A stretch of 64,000 nt of DNA from Podarcis vaucheri (GCA_965113315.1 OZ220363.1), one strand, 5' to 3'; counted from the first letter of the stretch, positions 23,121-36,310 are shown. The notes: generated from the letters alone by a model not told the origin. Made by a program: numbers and translations.

Positions 23121-25689
23121 TAATCAAGTTCAATTTGCCACCAACAATTTTATTCTGGAATTCAACAGAAGGGAGATCAGGTTGAATTTTTGGTAGGTTT
23201 TTTGTTTAAAAAAAAAGCCCAACAAAAGCAGCAACAAACCTCTATTTCAGCTGCATTATTTTTCTATCACATTATCTCACACACAACACTCAAAACAACT
23301 AAAATTGAAAAAGTAGAGGAAAATTGTCTTCCTTTTAGTTTGTTTACTCAGTATGTTTGACAGTACTCTGTATACAGCCAGATGCACAATTTCCTTGGTA
23401 AAGCACATCAGTCAGGATTCCCCTTTTATTTGCAAGAAGGGAAATATTTAATACTTAGGAAAGTATAATTGCAAAAGAAAAACTGTCGAGGAAGGTAGGA
23501 ATCAAGGGTGGAAACTTACATCTTTGTTATTGACTAGAAAAAACAGAATAGCATCCTTAACAAAATGTGTACTGAGAATTATATTTATCCACAAAAGTAA
23601 AAGACCCTACTACAGGCATGGTCTTAGTTTATATTACTCATGAAAATCACCATCATTTACCATGCATAGGGATGAGTCAAGTTACAGAGAACTATAAGGA
23701 AAGAATTAAACAAAGGTCTGAACAATTTATTTAATACCAGTACCGGTTCCTAGTCTTGAGCCAGCTGATCGTCTCATCCTAATCCAAAGCCTCAAAACGA
23801 AAATACAGTAACTTTCCACAGCAACCCAAGGGCTTTATTTCAGCAGTACCAAAATCCAGCTCAACAAGTGGAAAACCTGATGCATTCTTAGAAGCCCACC
23901 ACTCTGTGCACTGTACCACAACCTATAAAAGCCAGAGGATGCACGGAGCTTCATGCGGGCAGCGACAGCTCTCCAAGGAAGCCCAAAAATAGCAGAGAAA
24001 GATGCTTCACATGTTAAGGGAGAAATTGATGGGAAGCACAAGAAGCAGATTCCAAAAAGTGATGAAACAAGATGGATAGAATCCAGCACACGATGAGATG
24101 TCTCTTTGCAGACTGGTCAGTTGCCTCCATGTCACCCTTTGTGAAAATCTCCCTCCTCTACACGCAGCGGCGATAACTCAGCCCTTTGAAAAAGGTGTGG
24201 GAGTGATGCAGGGTTTGGACGGAAAGAGATGGCAGGGAAAGATGAAGGGGGGGACCTCATATGGGCAGTCTACGGCTGGAAGCTTTGAAAGCACAAGGTT
24301 TCTGCAAATGCCTCTGCTAAAAGCAGAGGCAGGCTCCTGGATCGATTATGCATGCACACCACTGAAAACACCAGCCGCTTAAGTGCCAGAGCCCTGCTGG
24401 ATAATTTATAGGCCAGTGTTAGTATTCACAGAGTGGTGGGCAGAGTTCAGAGGAACAAGGTAGAGAATAGAAGTTTAAGACAACTTTCATATATCACTTA
24501 TCAGCCATTCACTGCAAATTTCTGGGCTTGTTTCACAGACGTAAGCAAGGGGCAAAAGCCCAATCAGGGTCTCGGTGGGTACCAGCAGCCGCTCCAGAAT
24601 AAATGAAGGGCATTGATCTGCATCTTTGAAATATGATTAGATAAAAGCTGCCTTAATTTTGAAATCAGGTCACCTAGTATTATCTTTGACGAGCAGCAAC
24701 TATTGGGGTATGGGACATTCAGCAGTTGCCTTCATTCCCTGTAGCACTTTTCACATGTTCATTTGAATAGGTAGACAAGGGGGAGCAGGATTCCACTTGT
24801 TTAGGATCACTGGTTGTGAGCTAGTTCATGTGCAGCAGTAGGTGAGGAAGAGCCCTCCACCAAATCTGTACATAGCGTGGGACCAGAGGCCACAAGCAGG
24901 TAAAATGCTACTCTCTTCTGTTCAGAGTAATCTGTGGAAAGTGCTTGTGCATTGTCTCCACACACTGTAAGCTACTGTGCACTAATGTCTTAGGTACAAC
25001 TCAGAGTAGTAAAAACCCTACTGCAGGCCTGTATTCACAGTCCCACCAAGAATCTGCTGTTATTGACACCTGTGTGGAGCCTGAACACAGCGGTCAACGT
25101 TCAACCATCTAACATAAACAACACAGTCTAGTGACACTTTTCAGACTGAAATGCCTTGTTGAAATACCTTGCAACTTGCATAAGCATCTTAATGCAATTC
25201 CTCCTGTCCTGATCTGTGATTATTAAGAGTGCTGCTTTAAAAGCATCGTTATCCTACCACCACCCAAAAAATCACCAGGTGTTCTCAGATATTTCCTCCT
25301 TATTTATAATTGACATTTTATCAGAGTTTTCCAAAGCAGAGTTACAGAAACCTTTATGAAAAGAAAGCTCCTGTTATTGAGGAAAATGTTGCTAACTTCT
25401 GCGGAAGTCTAAAACCTCGCTTAAACTTCAAGCTATGCTGTATTTGCAACTGTGTTCATTCCAGGAGGTGATAAAAATGGAACAACTGGTCCTACCAGAG
25501 GCTGTCTGTGGTTTTGCATCTGTTACAATTAGTATTTTTCCTGATAATACCAAAGTCCCAAAGCCTTTTTAACCATACTGCTACACCCAGTGTGCCAACA
25601 TAAACATTCTTGCTGCTGCCAATAAGTACCAAATAAATTTTTGCATTTTGGGGGGGGGGGTTAACCAGTAACTGAGTACTCCTTAACAA

Positions 25690-26545
25690 GATTGCAGGCC
25701 CAGGCTGCATATTACCCCACCCCACCCCCGCTCAGGTGAGCTACCAATAAAGGAGACCACACAGTTGAATGGGATCAAATCAGGCCACAACTTTATTGAC
25801 AACAGATGAAATGGTTTGGCATAGGCATTGGGTAAACATTTATTTCCGGGCTGCCTACCAGAAATGACATCAGGGTCAACCCGGCAGCAGGGATTCCTAT
25901 GACTTACATCAAATAGGGGGATCCCTGAAGGGATCCCCGCCTCTAGGAGTGCTGATGCCCAAGCCCCCTGTCTGGGCAAATGGACAGAAGCAACTCCATC
26001 ATGGATCCCTTTAACGAGATACCCTATTTCTGGAGGGGAATGCGAGGGTACACCCCCCTTCCAACCAAGGCTAAGCTCACCCAATGCCAAAACTGCCAAA
26101 GTTGTGATGATTGCTATGGGGTAGGCAAAACCTCCAGGTCATAGCCAATTCGCTTGGTAGGCAAATTCCTACCTGGCCTCACTAGTACGACGACCACCGC
26201 AGCCATAGAAAGGTCAATTCAATGAGTACAGTCATACCTCGGGTTGAATGTGCTTCAGGTTGAGCGCTTTCAGGTTGCGCTCCGTGGCGCGTTACTTCCA
26301 TGTTTCACCAATCGCGCATGCACACTCAAAATGATGTCACGCGGATGCGCGGAAGCGACAAAACGCAACCAGCAGGCGTGCCATCGTGCCTTATGTTCCA
26401 TTCAGGATGTGAACAGGGCTCCGGAACAGATCCCGTTCGCATCCCGAGGTACCACTGTAAATGCAAAATTACCAGAGTGGATGAGTTGATCCAACAAAGA
26501 AGAGCTGGGCATCGTGGGCTGGCATGGGCTGTTTTAAATCCCCCG
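25690..26545 (-). mobile_element. Unclassified LTR-like repeat interrupted by a MITE
   Basis: On the minus strand, TATA-like GATTTAAAAC (~26535) and AATAAAGTTGTGGCC (~25797); GC/CpG-richer than the flanks. Boundaries are uncertain. Confidence 0.35.
26229..26457. mobile_element. Tc1/mariner MITE related to family A, with a different interior
   Basis: TA-CAGTCATACCTCGGG...CCCGAGGTACCACTG-TA; CpG-rich interior. Confidence 0.82.
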
Positions 26546-26560
26546 GGAGCAGACATGAGG

Positions 26561-27125
26561 GCAGGGGTGGAGGAAGGGGGTGCGATGGGGGTGGACCGCC
26601 CTGGGTGTCACCACTGAGGGGGAGTGACAAAACGCCAGGCAGCACTCACAGCGGGGCCTGCAGCATGCCCAAACCACATCTCTCTTCTGGAAGTGACACG
26701 GTGGCTTGGGCACCTGCAGGCTCCACGCTGCCCCTAACGGTCCACCCGCCGGCGCCACCCCCCTCAGCTGTAGGGCGGCTGAGTGGGAAGAGGCAGGCAG
26801 ACTCCTTGGAGGCCCCGCAAAGTGTCCTGCCCCAGCTCACCCCGCCCCTGGGTGAAGGGAATGTGCGATGCCCCAGGTGCCCAATCAACTTGCTCCATCG
26901 CTGCTGAGGGAAGCCTGATTGCTTCCTTAAGCCCGCCCCTGGAGAGCTCAGCCCTCTGGGCCAGCCTGCCATTGGCCAATTTGGCAAGCTGATGCAGAGC
27001 AGGATTTCAAGCCGGGAGCACAAGCCAAAGCTCACGTTCCAGCAGGGATCAGACCCTGACGCCCAGCCCTGCATCGCCAGCGGGAACGGAGGCGCTGGGC
27101 ATCCCGCAAAGCCACCACACCCCTA
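26561..27125. mobile_element. GC-rich putative non-autonomous DNA transposon or composite repeat
   Basis: Begins CAGGGGTGGAGGAAGG...GGTGTCACCACTGAGGGGGAGTGACA, a terminus style common in squamate DNA-transposon relics. The right end is not well defined. Confidence 0.3.
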
Positions 27126-27500
27126 AAAAGGGGGTAAGCAGATTTACCTGAAATCCCAGAATCAATCTCTACAAAACTACTTCATTTGGAGATAATTCCA
27201 CATGCAAACACAGCATCTCCTGCTCACTGAAACAACTCTGCCTATTCCCCTGTGCTGCCCCTTACGCCTGGAACTTTTGCTGTTGTTGACTGAACTCACT
27301 AGTTGCTTTTTTAAAAACACAAAACTAACTCAAGATTACTTACAAAATAGTAGCAGATAAATTAAAAGGCACAATCAACCAAAGATGGCAACAGGCACAC
27401 ATGATAGTTCATTGCCATGATGGATAAACCACACACACTATCTTCTCCAAGTTTCTTGGCTGCATCCTTGTCCTAATCAAGATAAGCTTCAAAATTGTCT

Positions 27501-27568
27501 CATAGAATCATAGAGTTGGAAGAGACCACAAGGGCCATCGAGTCCAACCCCCTGCCAAGCAGGAAACA
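27501..27568 (-). mobile_element. CR1 3' tail fragment
   Basis: Reverse complement is essentially identical to ~31217-31284. Confidence 0.88.
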
Positions 27569-27814
27569 TCCCTTAGATTTAGAGAAAAGACTAGATCTCA
27601 TGCAGAAGTACATATTTTCTAGTCACTCCATTTAGAAATGAGAATTATTTCATGTGTGGAGTAGAAATTCGCTTCTTAGTTAATCATCTGGCTTTTTTGA
27701 CAATTTAGGACTCAAACCAGTTATCCAATAAGAAAGGCAACAGCATGTCCATGAATGACTTGTTTGAGCCAGTGTACCAAAATAAGGTACATGAACACCC
27801 TTGGTCCCTGCAGC

Positions 27815-27995
27815 TATTTATTTTTATTTTTATTATTTTTATTATTACCACCCCCACCCCCATACACACTCTGGGTGGCTTCCAGCACATATAAAAGCAT
27901 AATAAAACATCTAACATTAGCAACTTCCCGATACAAAGCTGCCTTCAGAAGTCTTCTAAAAGTTGTGTAGTTCTTTATCTCCTTGGCATCCGACA
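27815..27995 (-). mobile_element. L2-type LINE 3' end, second family
   Basis: Reverse complement is homologous to 33960-34170 (TTTAGAAGAC.TCTGAAGGCAGC; GGAAGCCACCCAGAG); ends in an AT-rich tail. Confidence 0.65.
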
Positions 27996-28911
27996 GTTAA
28001 AACACATGAGCACGCTTCACATATAAAATTAGTACTTGTTAGAACTACATTCAGGCTTGCTTCTTCCTTCACACATGCCTCCTTTTTTTTTTTTTTTTAG
28101 GTGCTTCCCCAAACCCCGCATACCTTCCTATCTGAGTACTTTTCCCCTGGCACAGGAGAAGGCAAACTCCAGGGCTTTTCCTGCTCTTTCAAGCAACAGA
28201 AACAGAACCCGTAAAAAGGCAGCTCCTTTCCTGCTTTCTTTCTCTCCTGAACATGAGAGGCACAGAGCAACAGATCTGGAACATAAAGCATTATTAATAG
28301 CCACTGTCCTGCCATGATGAGTCACCTCACCACATAAGCAGAATCACAAGCAGGTTTTTTTGTGTGTTTTTTTTAAAAGCCCTTTCCCAACAATCGTAGA
28401 CCAACAAGGTAATTTATTGGCAGCATTAGAAGTGAAATACCAATCAATTGCACTAATATTGAAAGCACACTATGGTATATCATTGCCTAGCAAGGGAGGG
28501 AGAAGTACTTGCGGAATCCAACACAGTGATTCAAAACTCATTCCATCCTTCTGGGAATAATAAGATCCCTTAGATAGCTATTAGAGACATTCTTTTAGTC
28601 ACCTAGCCATAAATATCCCATAAGCAAGAAGTGCTGCGGCGAATGCAGAAATCCGGTCACTGTGCCATCGTAGAAAATTATCCCCCCCCCCTTCTAAAAG
28701 CAGATCGGTTCTATGGGAAATTTCCAAATGGGCGGGAGAAAAGGTGTCCCACGGTTTCAAAGTCACAGGCATACATACCTGCTCAGATTTCCCTGTACTG
28801 TGTCATGTTCTAGGACAAGGATAGGGAATATATTTCAGCTAGATGGCCACATTCCCTCCTTGGGGAGCTACCTAGAGGTCCCCCCAGAGGCAAAAGTGGG
28901 CAGAGCAACTA

Positions 28912-29138
28912 CAGTGGTATCTTGGGTTAAGAACTTAATTTGTTCCGGAGGTCCGTTCTTAACCTGAAACTGTTCTCAACCTGACGTACCACTTTAGCGA
29001 ATGGGGCCTCCCGCTGCCACTGCCGCCACTGCCATGCGATTTCTGTTCTCATCCTGAAGCAAATTACTTAACCCGAGGTACTATTTCTGGGTTAGCGAAG
29101 TCTGTAACCTGAAGCGTCTGTAACCTGAGGTACCACTG
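28912..29138. mobile_element. Tc1/mariner MITE, family A
   Basis: TA-CAGTGGTATCT...AGGTACCACTG-TA. Confidence 0.9.
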
Positions 29139-29157
29139 TAATGTGAATTGTACCTTT

Positions 29158-29320
29158 ATAGAATCATAGAATCATAGAACTGTAGAGTTGGAAGGGACCC
29201 TGGGGATCATCTAGTCCAACCCCCTGCAATGCAGGAATATGCAGCTGGTCCATACAGGGATTGAACCTGCACCCTTGGTGTTCTCAGCACCATGGTCTAA
29301 CCAACTGAGCTATCCAGGCC
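29158..29320 (-). mobile_element. tRNA(Ile)-like-headed SINE with a CR1-derived 3' tail
   Basis: Minus strand reads GGCCTGGATAGCTCAGTTGGTTAGACCATGGTGCTGAGAACACCAAGGGTGCAGGTTCAATCCC, then a CR1 tail ending (TTCTATGA)n. Flanking repeat CCTTTATAGA. Confidence 0.82.
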
Positions 29321-29560
29321 TTTATAGAGTCAAGGTGGTTTATTTACACTTGGACATCCTTCTCTATTGTCCATCCAGGCAAGCAAGGAGAATCATTAAA
29401 GTTAAAGGACACATTCCAACCAGGCAAATATGCACAAAGATGATCTGGTGCAGGTGTGTGGCCTGAGCAAAGTTCATAGAGCTATATTTAGGGCCTGCGG
29501 GCCTTGTTTACCCTTAAAACTGAGTGACAATGCAAATTGTATGCATGTTTTGTCCAAAGA

Positions 29561-29763
29561 AGGCCCCTGAGTCCCATGGGAAGAGGGATTGACACTCTGA
29601 GAATTGCAGCTCTGGGAGGGGAACAGGGGTCTCCAAACAACTCTCAGCACATTTAACAAATTACAGTTCCCAGGATTATTCGGGGAAATCGATGACTGTT
29701 TAAAAGTAGTATGATACTGCTTTAAATGTATAGTGCTTTAAATGTATAGTGCAGATGAGGCCT
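29561..29763. mobile_element. Partial DNA-transposon MITE (possibly PIF/Harbinger-like)
   Basis: Ends AGGCCCC...GAGGCCT; interior TGCTTTAAATGTATAGTGCAGA with a 16-bp tandem duplication. Confidence 0.4.
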
Positions 29764-29955
29764 AGGATTGTGGCGACTGTTGTATGTGCAACTATGCTGG
29801 GAGGTAGGGAGGGGAGGAAGGAGAGGTTAAAGTAAATAACCTGCCTATAGTATTTGATTTTTTAAAAATTACAATTTCAGCCAATTGCCCACCTGAACAG
29901 GAAAGCTTGTTTCAAAAACTGATGCTGACAAAAGGTGAAATTACTCAGCACATAA

Positions 29956-31400
29956 GTAGTTGTTGGCATCTGTCTCTCTTGGGAGACAATGGAGGAGTGT
30001 ACCTTGTTGTAGCTGTACAGACAGATGCAGGAAATACATGTTTTGTTGCAGCTGGGGCAGATAAAGGCGTCCAGTTGTGATGCTGCAGACGCACCATGGG
30101 GTTTCTTTTCTCAACACTCCTCCCAGTGGCCATTCCTTCTCTGGTCACGGCTATGGATGCACAACCTGAATGACTGTCTCCAGCCACTGTGGTCATCTAC
30201 AAGGGATCCCCACATAGCAGGGCTGATGTTGCCAGCCTTCGTGCCACATTTGCAGACATCTTTGTAATTCAGTTGGTCTGCCAACGGGCCTAGTGCCTGA
30301 AGAAACCTGCCCGCAGAGCACGTCCTTGGAGATCCTGCCCTCTTCCATTCTGTAGACTTGACCAAGCCAGCATACGCGTCACTAAGACAGGAGTGTGAAC
30401 ATGCTGAGAATGTGAGCTTGGGAGAACACATCTTTGTTTGAGACTCTGTCTTGCCATGTGATGTCCAAAATCTTCCTGACACAATGCATGTGGAAGGCAT
30501 TGAGGCATCGCTCCTGGTCATTGTAAATTGCAGACCACTCACCTCCATAAAGCAGTGTACTCAACACGCAAGCCTGGAGAAGCAAGCCATTGCTGTAGTT
30601 GCCTTGCCAATATGCTCAGATTCAATGGAGATGTTGCTGATTATGGTGGAGTCCTGGTAAATGAAATCATCTACCACCTCAAGCGAGTGGTCACCAATGC
30701 TGATGTGTGGAGTAGTGGTGAAGTCCTGACCCAGGATGTTGGTCAAAACTCCCTGCAGGCTTGGGCAAAATAGTTGATGAGTCTCTGTAGAGCTTCCTCA
30801 GAGTCAAGGCTGTCTTCTGCTAACAACATCTCTCAGATAAGGACCCGTCACACTTTTGTTTTAGTGAGGAGATGTGCCAGGTTGAACAGTCCCCGTTGCT
30901 TCTTGAATATCTTCAATCCAGCTGAAGGCACAGGAGATCAGCAGGGAGAAGAATATGCCAAAGAGTTGGGGCAAGAATACAGCTCTGTTTCACACGGCTC
31001 TTTATACAGAAGCCGTATGAGGATGAGCCATCGTGCTGGACGGTGCCCCACATGTTCTTGTGGAAGGACACAATCACCTAAACATTAGGAAGAACTTCCT
31101 GACAGTAAGAGCTGTTCGACAGTGGAATTTGCTGCCACGGAGTGTGGTGGAGTCTCCTTCTTTGGAGGTCTTTAAGCAGAGGCTTGACAACCATATGTCA
31201 GGAGTGCTCTGATGGTGTTTCCTGCTTGGCAGGGGGTTGGACTCGATGGCCCTTGTGGTCTCTTCCAACTCTATGATTCTATGATTCTATGATCTTGTGA
31301 AGCTTCCTATCTTGCTGGGTGGTGTGAAGAGTCCTTTTCAGATGACAGGATCAAATAGCAGCTGGCGCAGTGAGAAAACCATGTTGATTGTTGACCGCTG
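29956..31400 (-). mobile_element. RTE-clade LINE (non-Bov-B family), degenerate, interrupted by a CR1 fragment
   Basis: Frameshifted peptides QACVLSTLLYG.E, LNAFHM.CVRKILDITWQDRVSN and LEVVDDFIY..S.IS..ISI; CAA-type tail at ~29956-29965. Confidence 0.85.
31077..31293 (+). mobile_element. Young CR1 LINE 3' end nested in the RTE element
   Basis: LNIRKNFLTVRAVRQWN.LPR.VVESPSLEVFKQRLD coding end, followed by a (TTCTATGA)n tail. Confidence 0.92.
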
Positions 31401-33485
31401 AGCTCTAAAGCTGCGTTGTGACTTGGGATAGTTATGTCATAACTGGAAAATTGTGGCCCCACCTACAACTGAGCCCTGAAAGGTTTTCACAAGGGAATGG
31501 GACCCTCAGGCTGAAAAGAGGCTTCCACTCTTGCCCTAGAGCTTCAGTGGAAATTAAGCAGGTATGGACCTGGTCAGAGAAATGGAGAATGGAGAATGGT
31601 TCACTAGAAGGTGAATGCTGTTACTTATGGAGCCAAAGTAGAGCCCCCCACATACAAGACAAAGGTATCACTAAGTTTAAAGGAGCCCCAAAGTCTGCAG
31701 GAATACTACAATTACGGGGGAAACTCCCCCCACAAAAATAGGACTGAGCATGCACAGTGGTCATGTTATGCTTACTTTTTTGACAGTCAACTGTGTGAGA
31801 TTGAATGGATTGGTTGGAATCCAGAAAGTAGTATTCCATTCTGCTAACTTTTGTTGTAGTTCTGACTTGCGTTATTGATCTTATACCAGCACCTGATCAT
31901 TTCAAAAAGGCACGTGTGTGTATCTTTATAGCTATGCTGTAGCTATTTAGCTACATAGAGAAACTGTATGCCACTCCATGATTCTAGGATGAAGGGCAGT
32001 ATAGAAATTTAACAAACAAAAATGTAACCTCAGAAGCAGCCTCACATTGAACTTCATCAGTTAAGTCTCTCTGAAGCCAATACGTATAGACCATCGTGGT
32101 TGTCTTTGTTTGCAAAGCCACAGCCCAACAGAAATCAAAAAGCAACTGATAAAACTATAAATGCACCACAGCATATTTGCCAAAAACAAATTGAATTTGA
32201 GCGGGCACACTCTGAGGTCACAGACACATACTGTTCAGGGTGCATTTGTGTGAAAAAGAATCCAATCAACCTCAGGCCTACTCCTGATGCGGGGCCATCC
32301 ATCAAAGGAGCTGAGCTTGCTTCACATAACAATAATAGCCACCTCACCCACGTAACAAATGGGCACAAAAAGAAAGTGATGGGCCTTGAGTTATGCAGTC
32401 TTTAGAACAAAACCAGAAGCTTGGGTTCCAAACATTGCAGTTTGCTCACAAGAGTTGCCTCCGGCTTGTGGGGCAAAAGGCCAGAACACAGACTAAGAAA
32501 TTTACAGTGCAACAAGTGTAATATTGTGGTATTCCTGCTCAGGGTTCCAGACAGGTAGCAAAGCCCTCTTCCATTGCACTCCATTTAATTCCACTTGGGA
32601 CAGTTTTCCATCGTCATGTATACAGTCAACATTCCACAGCCACTAAGCATGCTGTCTTCATCGGGCTTCTTAAGAGAGCTCCCTCCTTACTTTTTTCTCT
32701 CAAGGTAGTCTCAGCGTTTTCTAACACCTACGTCTTCTGCATAGGTGGGGCAGTTGTGGATACATAAGGATCCAAACGTCGGTGTCAGATCTACATATTT
32801 TGCCATAGCGTGAGGAAGTCTGCACTCCCACCACCCACCCCTCCTGCAGGTTTGTGTCTAATCATCCTTGCTGCCACCACTGCTACCAAGAGAAAGATGA
32901 CTACAGGTTCATGTCCCATCCTGCCAATGTGGCAGCTTCTTGCCTTCCTCTTCCTGGGGTGAGCAAGAAGGTAGGGCCATTCCTAAAAAACAATCCCTTG
33001 GAAGTTGGCACCTCTGCACATTCACCAAGTCACTAAGTTTATTCTGCCTTCTAGCATAAGTTAAGTCAAGACTCAGACTAGTTTTGCTTTACAGACTCCC
33101 TCTTTTACACAAATTAATTGGTTTGAATATGGGTGAAGCATGCATGCAAACCTGTTGTCCATTAGCAAAAATAGAAATAGTGTACAATTTCAGGAGGTGG
33201 GAGGAGGCAAATTTCCAGGAAAAGTATGACAATTATTTCCAGGACAACAGTCAAAAAAAAAAAAAAAGGAGAGGGAGAAGGAAAGGAAGAACTGCTACAG
33301 ACACAGCTTCCAGAACAGATTGGAGGAGGTGCTATTCCTATTTTAACAGTGCCCAAATCTGCTTGAGGCAGGCTGCTTTATTCCACCTAGTGGTAGGGTA
33401 GAGCTCAGCCACTTGGCTACATTTGGGCAGCCTGCCTGAGCCAGCATACTTTGGACATAATTAAGAAGCAACAAACTATCAGTTA

Positions 33486-33711
33486 CAGTGGTATCTCAGG
33501 TTACATACGCTTCAGGTTACAGACTCCGATAACCCAGAAATAGTGCTTCAGGTTAAGAACGTTGCTTCAGGATGAGAACAGAAATCGGGCTCTGGCGGCG
33601 CGGCAGCAGCAGGAGGCCCCATTAGCTAAAATGGTGCTTCAGGTTAAGAACAGTTTCAGGTTAAGTACGGACCTCCAGAACGAATTAAGTACTTAACCTG
33701 AGGTACCACTG
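33486..33711. mobile_element. Tc1/mariner MITE, family A (opposite orientation)
   Basis: TA-CAGTGGTATCTCAGG...CCTGAGGTACCACTG-TA; the interior is the reverse complement of the 58259 copy. Confidence 0.9.
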
Positions 33712-33959
33712 TATTTCATTTAAATAATAATATTAATACTGTAATTATAATAATATAATAGGGTGTCATTTCAATGGTCTTAGCAAAGGCACCAAAATGT
33801 CAGGCCAGTGAGATCAGATGCCTGTTCATTGCTTACATTTTTTTAGTCATATGAAGAATTCATTCTAGGATGGTACGGTACATTTGAGCAAGTTCTGCAC
33901 ACTATCTCACTAGAGTGGTACATGCCCTGCTTATCCCCCACTTGGATTACTGCCATTCT

Positions 33960-34175
33960 CGGCAGTAGAACTCATCCTGTGGAACACCCTCCCATCGGAT
34001 GTCAAGGAGATGAGTAACTATATAAACTTTAGAAGACATCTGAAGGCAGCCCTATACGTATAGGGAAGCCTTTTAATGTATAATGTTTTTATATATGTTG
34101 GAAGCCACCCAGAGTGGCTGGAGCTACCCAGTCAGATGGGTAGGGTACAAGTAATAATGGCAATATTATTATTAC
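33960..34175 (+). mobile_element. L2-type LINE 3' end, second family
   Basis: LWNTLP.DVKE coding end, homologous to 27815-27995. Confidence 0.65.
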
Positions 34176-35344
34176 TATTTAATTTATTATAAATATATAC
34201 ATTTTGCTAGTTATAGCCTGGTGTTGCTGACAAATTCTAAGAAACAAAAACATACTGAATTTTTTAAATGGAAAGTGTAATTTGCTAGTTTCAGGGCTGT
34301 GTACAGCACCACACATCTACATTCCAGGACCTTGACCTGGGGGAAACCTGACCTGCATCCAGGCTTGAATCAATGTTTAATTAAGGTTTTTAAAGTCCTA
34401 TAAGATCAGGAGAGGGGGAGCAGGGGAAAGACACTGATTCTCCCTTTCCTCTCTTCCCAATTGAACCGCAGAGAGCAGAAGGGCTGGATCTTACTGGGTG
34501 CTGTTTCACCCATGCATTCCCTGTAGGAAACATGCTGGCAAACCAGCAGACCCCTTCAGCCAGTAGAGCTGCACCCTTGGCACACAGTTCCTACAGTGCT
34601 GCTGCATGGGCTCGACAGGCTTCCATGGCCTCCACAATCTGCTGCCCTGCTCCTGCATAGTTTCCTCCAGTGTGTCCCACCAAGGTGTGGTTCAGCCCTA
34701 GCTGTCCTTGCCACCAACACCTGCAACTCTGTGGCTGCCATTTAGCAGACTCACCTTTCTGACCATCCCTCAACTGGCTCCTGCATCAGCAGTCATCATC
34801 AATGGAGGGGGAAGCACATAACTGACAGTGAGAGACCAACTGTCTTCTGGCACTGGCTCAGCACAGGAACAGGAGACAGGTCTTCTCTATTCCTCTCCCC
34901 CACCCCAATCTCCTCTTCCCACCTTGGGACCTCTGCAGTTTCAGCCATTTCCTTTGGAATCCTGCTATGGTCTACTTTCCAAACACATTACCTGTGGGTA
35001 ACATGCTCGTAAAGCAAACCCCTGCAGCTAGCAGGTGAAGGGTTCAGTTGCACTTATGGACTGCATACACGTGTTCCCCTGCTGGGAACATGCATCTAAA
35101 GTCAAAATGCAGCACAGGGCTGTTTGAAAGCCCTCTTACAGCAGCCATGGGTTGCATTTGGCAGAGGCTGCCTGACTCTCCTCCCAGCAACCCACCCATT
35201 AACAAACCTAGATTCCTCCAGGCAGCCCAACCCAGGGTGATCAGGGGTTGTCTTGACGCAATTCAGGCAAAGTCCAGATCAGAGCAAATTGGCCTGGCTT
35301 TGTTTGGGCTTTGGCGGAAACTGGTGTGTAACCCTTTTCATTTC

Positions 35345-35790
35345 TTGCCAAATTTGGTTAACATCATTTCAGTTTTGACAGGTTCAGCCCACCATCTTGA
35401 TTCAAACTGGAGTCCAATGGTATCCAAATATAGACCAAAGACCACTCCTCCATTTCAGGAACCACTGTCAAATTGGGCGACATTATTTGCATTGCGGTCC
35501 AAATCAGTGCAGTTTTGAATAGTTCGGTCTGCTTCAAAATGACAGCCAACAGTATCCAAATATAAACCAAAAGTCCATTGCTCCATCTCAGGAACTGTCA
35601 TGCAAACTGATTTCATGCCAAATTTGGTTTAAAATCTTTTCACTTAGGAATGGCTTTGCTCACCATCTTGCTTCAAAATGGCCTCCAACCATTTATAAAC
35701 ATAGACAAAAACCTGTTCCTCACACTTGGGAACAGTCATGCCAAGTTGGAATGATAATATCTACAGACACATCCAAATTGGTGCAGCTAG
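35345..35790. repeat. Degenerate ~135-bp tandem repeat with ~270-bp higher-order period
   Basis: TTCAAA.TG...CCAA...AAA(T/C)ATA(G/A)AC.AAA...GGAAC recurs at 35401, 35534 and 35672; GCCAAATTTGGTT...CACCATCTTG recurs at ~35348 and ~35617. Confidence 0.6.
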
Positions 35791-35919
35791 TGTTAGGCCC
35801 ACAGAAGAAGGTTTTAAGCTGCTGCTTCACAATGAGGTAAAACCTCCCAACATGTTGAACATTGGGGTATAAGTTTAAATAAAATCATGATGTGTAACCA
35901 TTGATTGCTTTATCCAGCA

Positions 35920-36310
35920 TAAGTTTATCTAATCCCCCTTTAAAGTCATCCAAATTGGCAGCTGTCATTGCATGTTGTGGCAGCAAATTCCATGAGATGA
36001 CTATGTGCTGTGTGAAGAATGCTTCCTTTTGACTGTCTTGAATTGAGATATTTGCTCATCCTAGTCCCAAAACAGATGAATGGCAATACCACTACTTCTT
36101 GTGTTCCTCCACAAGTTCTTGTTGAGAACTATCCATTTAGTCCTACTCTCTTTTCCCAGTTCCCAGGTTCCAGTATATAAGAGGATCCACCATCTTAACC
36201 CATGACTGCTAAGTTTTACTCAAGAGCATTTGGCAAAGGATTTTATCAGAAACATCTTGGAAGTCCAAATGTAAAGCGTCTACCACATCACCCCCAGTCA
36301 CCTGGAATAT
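35920..36310 (-). mobile_element. Old CR1 remnant(s)
   Basis: Reverse complement resembles CR1 ORF2 3' region sequence and a degenerate YLDF.K.FDK RT motif. Confidence 0.5.

Noticed and set aside
29281-29300. REST/RE1-like TCAGCACCATGG
   Set aside because: The right half-site (ACAG) is missing, and the sequence lies within the SINE's tRNA region.
29245-29320. Apparent tRNA-Ile gene
   Set aside because: Stems and anticodon are degenerate and it is fused to a CR1 tail with a flanking direct repeat; it is a SINE head.
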